Source: Balanoglossus misakiensis (Eukaryota > Animalia > Hemichordata). From it: a DNA stretch of 64,000 nucleotides. A program made the translations under genes and the position numbers. The notes under the pieces are model-generated. The model saw only the letters and a list, made by a program, of their open reading frames with translations, was not told the DNA's origin and searched no databases. This document shows positions 1-10,300 of this stretch, in pieces; the first letter of the stretch is position 1; each line of letters starts with the position of its first letter. The DNA is taken from NCBI GenBank assembly GCA_040954595.2, contig CM082581.2, positions 3,030,699 through 3,094,698 of the forward strand, written 5' to 3'.

Positions 1-1171
1 TTTCCACTTTTTGTAAGTGAAGCCTGACTGTCGCCTGTCTTAGGTCACCACTTCATAAGCGGTCTTACCCGTCATTGGCAAAAACAGTCTCAGGAAGTAA
101 GCTTTCAGCCTACCATTGTAGCTATTATATTTTCCACTTTTTGTAAGTGAAGCTTGACTGTCGCCTGTCTTAGGTCACCACTTCATAAGCGGTCTTACCC
201 GTCATTGGCACAAACAGTCTCAGGAAGTAAGCTTTCAGCCTACCAATGTAGCTATTATATTTTCCACTTTTTGTAAGTGAAGACTGACTGTCGCCTTTCT
301 TAGGTCACCACTTCATAAGCCGTCTTACCCGTCATTGGCACAAACAGTCTTAGGAAGTAAGCTTTCAGCCTACCAATGTAGCTATTATATTTTCCACTTT
401 TTGTAAGTGAAGCCTGACTGTCGCCTGTCTTTGGTCACCACTTAATAAGCGATCTTACCCGTCATTGGCACAATCAGTCTCAGGAAGTAAGCTTTCAGCC
501 TACCAATGTAGCTATTATATTTTCCACTTTTTGTAAGTGAAGCCTGACTGTCGCCTGTCTTAGGTCACCACTTCATAAGCGGTCTTACCCGTCATTGGCA
601 CAAACAGTCTCAGGAAGTAAGCTTTCAGCCTACCAATATAGCTATTATATTTTCCACTTTTTGGAAGTGAAGCCTGACTGTCGCCTGTCTTAGGTCACCA
701 CTTCATAAGCGGTCTTACCCGTCATTGGCACAAACACTCTCAGGAAGTAAGCTTTCAGCCTACCAATATAGCTATTATATTTTTCACTTTTTGGAAGTGA
801 AGCCTGACTGTCGCCTGTCTTAGGTCACCACTTCATAAGCGGTCTTACCCGTCATTGGCACAAACAGTCTCAGGAAGTAAGCTTTCAGCCTACCAATGTA
901 GCTATTATATTTTTCAATTTTTGGAAGTGAAGCCTGACTGTCGCCTGTCTTAGGTCACCACTTCATAAGCGGTCTTACCCGTCATTGGCACAAACAGTCT
1001 CAGGAAGTAAGCTTTCAGCCTACCAATGTAGCTATTACATTTTTCCACTTTTTGTAAGTGAAGCCTGACTGTCGCCTGTCTTAGGTCACCACTTCATAAG
1101 AGGTCTTACCCGTCATTGGCACAAACAGTCTCAGGAAGTAAGCTTTCAGCCTCCCAATGTACCTATTATAT

Positions 1172-1301
1172 TTTCCACTTTTTGTAAGTGAAGCCTGACT
1201 GTCGCCTGTCTTAGGTCACCACTTCATAAGCGGTCTTACCCGTCATTGGCACAAACAGTCTCAGGAAGTAAGCTTTCAGCCTACCAATGTAGCTATTATA
1301 T
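1172..1301 (+). repeat. Representative consensus monomer (130 bp)
   Basis: This copy matches the majority base at every position. It contains AAGCTT (HindIII), GGTCACC (BstEII), three CpGs, an internal direct repeat GCCTG (monomer 22-26 and 33-37) and an inverted pair CATTGG/CCAATG (73-78 and 113-118). Confidence 0.95.
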
Positions 1302-4300
1302 TTTCCACTTTTTGTAAGTGAAGCCTGACTGTCGCCTGTCTTAGGTCACCACTTCATAAGCGGTCTTACCCGTCATTGGCACAAACAGTCTCAGGAAGTA
1401 AGCTTTCAGCCTACCAATGTAGCTATTATATTTTCCACTTTTTGTAAGTGAAGCCTGACTATCGCCTGTCTTAGGTCACCACTTCATAAGAGGTCTTACC
1501 CGTCATTGGCACAAACAGTCTCAGGAAGTAAGCTTTCAGCCTACCAATGTAGCTATTATATTTTCCACTTTTTGTAAGTGAAGCCTGACTGTCGCCTGTC
1601 TTAGGTCACCACTTCATAAGCGGTCTTACCCGTCATTGGCACAAACAGTCTCAGGAAGTAAGCTTTCAGCCTACCATTGTAGCTATTATATTTTCCACTT
1701 TTTGTAAGTGAAGCCTGACTGTCGCCTGTCTTAGGTCACCACTTCATAAGCGGTCTTACCCGTCATTGGCACAAACAGTCTCAGGAAGTAAGCTTTCAGC
1801 CTACCAATGTAGCTATTATATTTTCCACTTTTTGTAAGTGAAGCCTGACTGTCGCCTGTCTTAGGTCACCACTTCATAAGCGGTCTTACCCGTCATTGGC
1901 ACAAACAGTCTCAGGAAGTAAGCTTTCAGGCTACCAATGTACCTATTATATTTTCCACTTTTTGTAAGTGAAGCCTGACTGTCGCCTGTCTTAGGTCACC
2001 ACTTCATAAGCGGTCTTACCCGTCATTGGCACAAACAGTCTCAGGAAGTAAGCTTTCAGCCTACCAATGTAGCTATTCTATTTTCCCCTTTTTGTAAGTG
2101 AAGCCTGACTGTTGCCTGTCTTAGGTCACCACTTCATAAGCGGTCTTACCCGTTATTGGCACAAACAGTCTCAGGAAGTAAGCTTTCAGCCTACCAATGT
2201 AGCTATTATATTTTCCACTTTTTGTAAGTGAAGCCTGACTATCGCCTGTCTTAGGTCACCACTTCATAAGAGGTCTTACCCGTCATTGGCACAAACAGTC
2301 TCAGGAAGTAAGCTTTCAGCCTACCAATGTAGCTATTATATTTTCCACTTTTTGTAAGTGAAGCCTGACTGTCGCCTGTTTTAGGTCACCACTTCATAAG
2401 CGGTCTTACCCGTCATTGGCACAAACAGTCTCAGGAAGTAAGCTTTCAGCCTACCATTGTAGCTATTATATTTTCCACTTTTTGTAAGTGAAGCCTGACT
2501 GTCGCCTGTCTTAGGTCACCACTTCATAAGCGGTCTTACCCGTCATTGGCACAAACAGTCTCAGGAAGTAAGCTTTCAGCCTACCAATGTAGCTATTATA
2601 TTTTCCACTTTTTGTAAGTGAAGCCTGACTGTCGCCTGTCTTAGGTCACCACTTCATATGCGGTATTACCCGTCATTGGCACAAACAGTCTCAGGAAGTA
2701 AGCTTTCAGCCTACAAATGTAGCTATTATATTTTCCACTTTTTGTAAGTGAAGCCTGACTGTCGCCTGTCTTAGGTCACCACTTCATAAGCGGTCTTACC
2801 CGTCATTGGCACAAACAGTCTCAGGAAGTAAGCTTTCAGCCTACCAATGTAGCTATTATATTTTCCCTTTTTGTAAGTGAAGCCTGACTGTCGCCTGTCT
2901 TAGGTCACCACTTCATAAGAGGTCTTACCCGTCATTGGCACAAACAGTCTCAGGAAGTAAGCTTTCAGCCTACCAATGTAGCTATTATATTTTCCACTTT
3001 TTGTAAGTGAAGCCTGACTGTCGCCTGTCTTAGGTCACCACTTCATAAGCGGTCTTACCCGTCATTGGCACAAACAGTCTCAGGAAGTAAGCTTTCAGCC
3101 TACCAATGTAGCTATTATATTTTCCACTTTTTGTAAGTGAAGCCTGACTGTCGCTTGTTTTAGGTCACCACTTCATAAGCGGTCTTACCCGTCATTGGCA
3201 CAAACAGTCTCAGGAAGTAAGCTTTCAGCCTACCATTGTAGCTATTATATTTTCCACTTTTTGTAAGTGAAGCCTGACTGTCGCCTGTCTTAGGTCACCA
3301 CTTCATAAGCGGTCTTACCCGTCATTGGCACAAACAGTCTCAGGAAGTAAGCTTTCAGCCTACCAATGTAGCTATTATATTTTCCACTTTTTGTAAGTGA
3401 AGCCTGACTGTCGCCTGTCTTAGGTCACCACTTCATATGCGGTCTTACCCGTCATTGGCACAAACAGTCTCAGGAAGTAAGCTTTCAGCCTACCAATGTA
3501 GCTATTATATTTTCCACTTTTTGTAAGTGAAGCCTGACTGTCGCCTGTCTTAGGTCACCACTTCATAAGCGGTCTTACCCGTCATTGGCACAAACAGTCT
3601 CAGGAAGTAAGCTTTCAGCCTACCAATGTAGCTATTATATTTTCCCTTTTTGTAAGTGAAGCCTGACTGTCGCCTGTCTTAGGTCACCACTTCATAAGAG
3701 GTCTTACCCGTCATTGGCACAAACAGTCTCAGGAAGTAAGCTTTCAGCCTACCAATGTAGCTATTATATTTTCCACTTTTTGTAAGTGAAGCCTGACTGT
3801 CGCCTGTCTTAGGTCACCACTTCATAAGCGGTCTTACCCGTCATTGGCACAAACAGTCTCAGGAAGTAAGCTTTCAGGCTACCAATGTACCTATTATATT
3901 TTCCACTTTTTGTAAGTGAAGCCTGACTGTCGCCTGTCTTAGGTCACCACTTCATAAGCGGTCTTACCCGTTATTGGCACAAACAGTCTCAGGAAGTAAG
4001 CTTTCAGCCTACCAATGTAGCTATTATATTTTCCACTTTTTGTAAGTGAAGCCTGACTATCGCCTGTCTTAGGTCACCACTTCATAAGCGGTCTTACCCG
4101 TTATTGGCACAAACAGTCTCAGGAAGTAAGCTTTCAGCCTACCAATGTAGCTATTATATTTTCCACTTTTTGTAAGTGAAGCCTGACTGTCGCCTGTCTT
4201 AGGTCACCACTTCATAAGAGGTCTTACCCGTCATTGGCACAAACAGTCTCAGGAAGTAAGCTAGCTTTCAGCCTACCAATGTAGCTATTATATTTTCCCT

Positions 4301-7300
4301 TTTTGTAATTGAAGCCTGACTGTCGCCTGTCTTAGGTCACCACTTCATAAGAGGTCTTACCCGTCATTGGCACAAACAGTCTCAGGAAGTAAGCTTTCAG
4401 CCTACCAATGTAGCTATTATATTTTCCACTTTTTGTAAGTGAAGCCTGACTGTCGCCTGTCTTAGGTCACCACTTCATAAGCGGTCTTACCCGTCATTGG
4501 CACAAACAGTCTCAGGAAGTAAGCTTTCAGCCTACCAATGTAGCTATTATATTTTCCATTTTTTGTAAGTGAAGCCTGACTGTCGCCTGTCTTAGGTCAC
4601 CACTTCATAAGCTGTCTTACCCGTCATTGGCACAAACAGTCTCAGGAAGTAAGCTTTCAGCATACCAATGTAGCTATTATATTTTCCACTTTTTGTAAGT
4701 GAAGCCTGACTGTCGCCTGTCTTAGGTCACCACTTCATAAGCGATCTTACCCGTCATTGGCACAAACAGTCTCAGGAAGTAAGCTTTCTGCCTACCAATA
4801 TAGCTATTATATTTTCCACTTTTTGGAAGTGAAGCCTGACTGTCGCCTGTCTTAGGTCACCACTTCATAAGCGGTCTTACCCGTCATTGGCACAAACAGT
4901 CTCAGGAAGTAAGCTTTCAGCCTACCAATGTAGCTATTATATTTTCAACTTTTTGTAAGTGAAGCCTGACTGTCGCCTGTCTTAGGTCACCACTTCATAA
5001 GCGGTCTTACCCGTCATTGGCACAAACAGTCTCAGGAAGTAAGCTTTCAGCCTACCAATGTAGCTATTATATTTTCCACTTTTTGTAAGTGAAGCCTGAC
5101 AGTCGCTTGTCTTAGGTCACCACTTCATAAGAGGTCTTACCCGTCATTGGCACAAACAGTCTCAGGAAGTAAGCTTTCAGCCTACCAATGTAGCTATTAT
5201 ATTTTCCACTTTTTGTAAGTGAAGCCTGACTGTCGCCTGTCTTAGGTCACCACTTCATAAGCGGTCTTACCCGTCATTGGCACAAACAGTCTCAGGAAGT
5301 AAGCTTTCAGCCTACCAATGTAGCTATTATATTTTCCACTTTTTGTAAGTGAAGCCTGACAGTCGCTTGTCTTAGGTCACCACTTCATAAGAGGTCTTAC
5401 CCGTCATTGGCACAAACAGTCTCAGGAAGTAAGCTTTCAGCCTACCAATGTTGCTATTACATTTTCCACTTTTTGTAAGTGAAGCCTGACTGTCGCCTGT
5501 CTTAGGTCACCACTTCATAAGCGGTCTTACCCGTCATTGGCACAAACAGTCTCAGGAAGTAAGCTTTCAGCCTACCAATGTAGCTATTATATTTTCCACT
5601 TTTTGTAAGTGAAGCCTGACAGTCGCTTGTCTTAGGTCACCACTTCATAAGCGGTCTTACCCGTCATTGGCACAAACAGTCTCAGGAAGTAAGCTTTCAG
5701 CCTACCAATGTAGCTATTATATTTTCCACTTTTTGTAAGTGAAGCCAGACAGTCGCTTGTCTTAGGTCACCACTTCATAAGAGGTCTTACCCGTCATTGG
5801 CACAAACAGTCTCAGGAAGTAAGCTTTCAGCCTACCAATGTAGCTATTATATTTTCCACTTTTTGTAAGTGAAGCCTGACTGTCGCCTGTCTTAGGTCAC
5901 CACTTCATAAGAGGTCTTACCCGTCATTGGCACAAACAGTCTCAGGAAGTAAGCTTTCAGCCTACCAATGTAGCTATTATATTTTCCACTTTTTGTAAGT
6001 GAAGCCTGACTGTCGCCTGTCTTAGGTCACCACTTCATAAGCGGTCTTACCCGTCATTGGCACAAACAGTCTCAGGAAGTAAGCTTTCAGCCTATCAATG
6101 TAGCTATTATATTTCCCACTTTTTGTAAGTGAAGCCTGACTGTCGCCTGTCTTAGGTCACCACTTCATAAGAGGTCTTACCCTTCATTGGCACAAACAGT
6201 CTCAGGAAGTAAGCTTTCAGCCTACCAATGTAGCTATTATATTTTCCACTTTTTGTAAGTGAAGCCTGACAGTCGCCTGTCTTAGGTCACCACTTCATAA
6301 GCGGTCTTACCCGTCATTAGCACAAACAGTCTCAGGAAGTAAGCTTTAAGCCTACCAATATAGCTATTATATTTTCCACTTTTTGTAAGTGAAGCCTGAC
6401 TGTCGCCTGTCTTAGGTCACCACTTCATAAGCGGTCTTACCCGTCATTGGCACAAACAGTCTCAGGAAGTAAGCTTTCAGCCTACCAATGTAGCTATTAT
6501 ATTTTCCACTTTTTGTAAGTGAAGCCTGACAGTCGCTTGTCTTAGGTCACCACTTCATAAGCGGTCTTACCCGTCATTGGCACAAACAGTCTCAGGAAGT
6601 AAGCTTTCAGCCTACCAATATAGCTATTATATTTTCCACTTTTTGGAAGTGAAGCCTGACTGTCGCCTGTCTTAGGTCACCACTTCATAAGCGGTCTTAC
6701 CCGTCATTGGCACAAACAGTCTCAGGAAGTATGCTTTCAGCCTACCATTGTAGCTAATATATTTTCCACTTTTTGTAAGTGAAGCCTGACTGTCGCCTGT
6801 CTTAGGTCACCACTTCATAAGCGGTCTTACCCGTCATTGGCACAAACAGTCTCAGGAAGTATGCTTTCAGCCTACCATTGTAGCTTTTATATTTTCCACT
6901 TTTTGTAAGTGAAGCCTGACTGTCGCCTGTCTTAGGTCACCACTTCATAAGATGTCTTACCCGTCATTGGCACAAACAGTCTCAGGAAGTAAGCTTTCAG
7001 CCTATCAATGTAGCTATTATATTTCCCACTTTTTGTAAGTGAAGCCTGACTGTCGCCTGTCTTAGGTCACCACTTCATAAGCGGTCTTACCCGTCATTGG
7101 CACAAACAGTCTCAGGAAGTAAGCTTTCAGCCTACCAATATAGCTATTATATTTTCCACTTTTTGGAAGTGAAGCCTGACTGTCGCCTGTCTTAGGTCAC
7201 CACTTCATAAGCGGTCTTACCCGTCATTGGCACAAACAGTCTCAGGAAGTATGCTTTCAGCCTACCATTGTAGCTATTATATTTTCCACTTTTTGTAAGT

Positions 7301-10300
7301 GAAGCCTGACTGTCGCCTGTCTTAGGTCACCACTTCATAAGCGGTCTTACCCGTCATTGGCACAAACAGTCTCAGGAAGTATGCTTTCAGCCTACCATTG
7401 TAGCTTTTATATTTTCCACTTTTTGTAAGTGAAGCCTGACTGTCGCCCGTCTTAGGTCACCACTTCATAAGCGGTCTTACCCGTCATTGGCACAAACAGT
7501 CTCAGGAAGTATGCTTTCAGCCTACCATTGTAGCTTTTATATTTTCCACTTTTTGTAAGTGAAGCCTGACTGTCGCCTGTCTTAGGTCACCACTTCATAA
7601 GAGGTCTTACCCGTCATTGGCACAAACAGTCTCAGGAAGTAAGCTTTCAGCCTATCAATGTAGCTATTATATTTCCCACTTTTTGTAAGTGAAGCCTGAC
7701 TGTCGCCTGTCTTAGGTCACCACTTCATAAGCGGTCTTACCCGTCATTGGCACAAACAGTCTCAGGAAGTATGCTTTCAGCCTACCATTGTAGCTTTTAT
7801 ATTTTCCACTTTTTGTAAGTGAAGCCTGACTGTCGCCTGTCTTAGGTCACCACTTCATAAGAAGTCTTACCCGTCATTGGCACAAACAGTCTCAGGAAGT
7901 AAGCTTTCAGCCTATCAATGTAGCTATTATATTTCCCACTTTTTGTAAGTGAAGCCTGACTGTCGCCTGTCTTAGGTCACCACTTCATAAGAGGTCTTAC
8001 CCTTCATTGGCACAAACAGTCTCAGGAAGTAAGCTTTCAGCCTACCAATGTAGCTATTATATTTTCCACTTTTTGTAAGTGAAGCCTGACAGTCGCCTGT
8101 CTTAGGTCACCACTTCATAAGCGGTCTTACCCGTCATTGGCACAAACAGTCTCAGGAAGTAAGCTTTAAGCCTACCAATATAGCTATTATATTTTCCACT
8201 TTTTGTAAGTGAAGCCTGACTGTCGCCTGTCTTAGGTCACCACTTCATAAGCGGTCTTACCCGTCATTGGCACAAACAGTCTCAGGAAGTAAGCTTTCAG
8301 CCTACCAATGTAGCTATTATATTTTCCACTTTTTGTAAGTGAAGCCTGACAGTCGCTTGTCTTAGGTCACCACTTCATAAGCGGTCTTACCCGTCATTGG
8401 CACAAACAGTCTCAGGAAGTATGCTTTCAGCCTACCATTGTAGCTTTTATATTTTCCACTTTTTGTAAGTGAAGCCTGACTGTCGCCTGTCTTAGGTCAC
8501 CACTTCATAAGAGGTCTTACCCGTCATTGGCACAAACAGTCTCAGGAAGTAAGCTTTCAGCCTATCAATGTAGCTATTATATTTCCCACTTTTTGTAAGT
8601 GAAGCCTGACTGTCGCCTGTCTTAGGTCACCACTTCATAAGAGGTCTTACCCTTCATTGGCACAAACAGTCTCAGGAAGTAAGCTTTCAGCCTACCAATG
8701 TAGCTATTATATTTTCCACTTTTTGTAAGTGAAGCCTGACAGTCGCCTGTCTTAGGTCACCACTTCATAAGCGGTCTTACCCGTCATTGGCACAAACAGT
8801 CTCAGGAAGTAAGCTTTAAGCCTACCAATATAGCTATTATATTTTCCACTTTTTGTAAGTGAAGCCTGACTGTCGCCTGTCTTAGGTCACCACTTCATAA
8901 GCGGTCTTACCCGTCATTGGCACAAACAGTCTCAGGAAGTAAGCTTTCAGCCTACCAATGTAGCTATTATATTTTCCACTTTTTGTAAGTGAAGCCTGAC
9001 AGTCGCTTGTCTTAGGTCACCACTTCATAAGCGGTCTTACCCGTCATTGGCACAAACAGTCTCAGGAAGTAAGCTTTCAGCCTACCAATATAGCTATTAT
9101 ATTTTCCACTTTTTGGAAGTGAAGCCTGACTGTCGCCTGTCTTAGGTCACCACTTCATAAGCGGTCTTACCCGTCATTGGCACAAACAGTCTCAGGAAGT
9201 ATGCTTTCAGCCTACCATTGTAGCTAATATATTTTCCACTTTTTGTAAGTGAAGCCTGACTGTCGCCTGTCTTAGGTCACCACTTCATAAGCGGTCTTAC
9301 CCGTCATTGGCACAAACAGTCTCAGGAAGTATGCTTTCAGCCTACCATTGTAGCTTTTATATTTTCCACTTTTTGTAAGTGAAGCCTGACTGTCGCCTGT
9401 CTTAGGTCACCACTTCATAAGAGGTCTTACCCGTCATTGGCACAAACAGTCTCAGGAAGTAAGCTTTCAGCCTATCAATGTAGCTATTATATTTCCCACT
9501 TTTTGTAAGTGAAGCCTGACTGTCGCCTGTCTTAGGTCACCACTTCATAAGCGGTCTTACCCGTCATTGGCACAAACAGTCTCAGGAAGTAAGCTTTCAG
9601 CCTACCAATATAGCTATTATATTTTCCACTTTTTGGAAGTGAAGCCTGACTGTCGCCTGTCTTAGGTCACCACTTCATAAGCGGTCTTACCCGTCATTGG
9701 CACAAACAGTCTCAGGAAGTATGCTTTCAGCCTACCATTGTAGCTATTATATTTTCCACTTTTTGTAAGTGAAGCCTGACTGTCGCCTGTCTTAGGTCAC
9801 CACTTCATAAGCGGTCTTACCCGTCATTGGCACAAACAGTCTCAGGAAGTATGCTTTCAGCCTACCATTGTAGCTTTTATATTTTCCACTTTTTGTAAGT
9901 GAAGCCTGACTGTCGCCTGTCTTAGGTCACCACTTCATAAGAGGTCTTACCCGTCATTGGCACAAACAGTCTCAGGAAGTAAGCTTTCAGCCTATCAATG
10001 TAGCTATTATATTTCCCACTTTTTGTAAGTGAAGCCTGACTGTCGCCTGTCTTAGGTCACCACTTCATAAGAGGTCTTACCCTTCATTGGCACAAACAGT
10101 CTCAGGAAGTAAGCTTTCAGCCTACCAATGTAGCTATTATATTTTCCACTTTTTGTAAGTGAAGCCTGACAGTCGCCTGTCTTAGGTCACCACTTCATAA
10201 GCGGTCTTACCCGTCATTGGCACAAACAGTCTCAGGAAGTAAGCTTTCAGCCTACCAATATAGCTATTATATTTTCCACTTTTTGGAAGTGAAGCCTGAC

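Noticed and set aside
67-86. CENP-B-box-like motif on the minus strand (TTTG-TGCC-A-ATGA-CGGG in the consensus)
   Set aside because: The motif requires TTCG-N4-A-N2-CGGG. Here TTCG is TTTG and the spacing is 2 nt too long.
1-130. 5S rRNA, tRNA, snRNA or spliced-leader gene array
   Set aside because: No resemblance to the 5S sequence, no cloverleaf or B-box, no canonical Sm site in the consensus (ACTTTTTG has C where AT4-6G is needed), and no room for a spacer. An Rfam cmscan would be the definitive check.
1-130. Hammerhead or twister ribozyme in the satellite (as in newt, schistosome and cricket satellites)
   Set aside because: No CTGANGA core on either strand. The minus strand has TGCCAATG and AAAAGTGGA, loosely reminiscent of twister sequences, but lacks a GGT-NNC-AAGCC-type core and the spacing is wrong.
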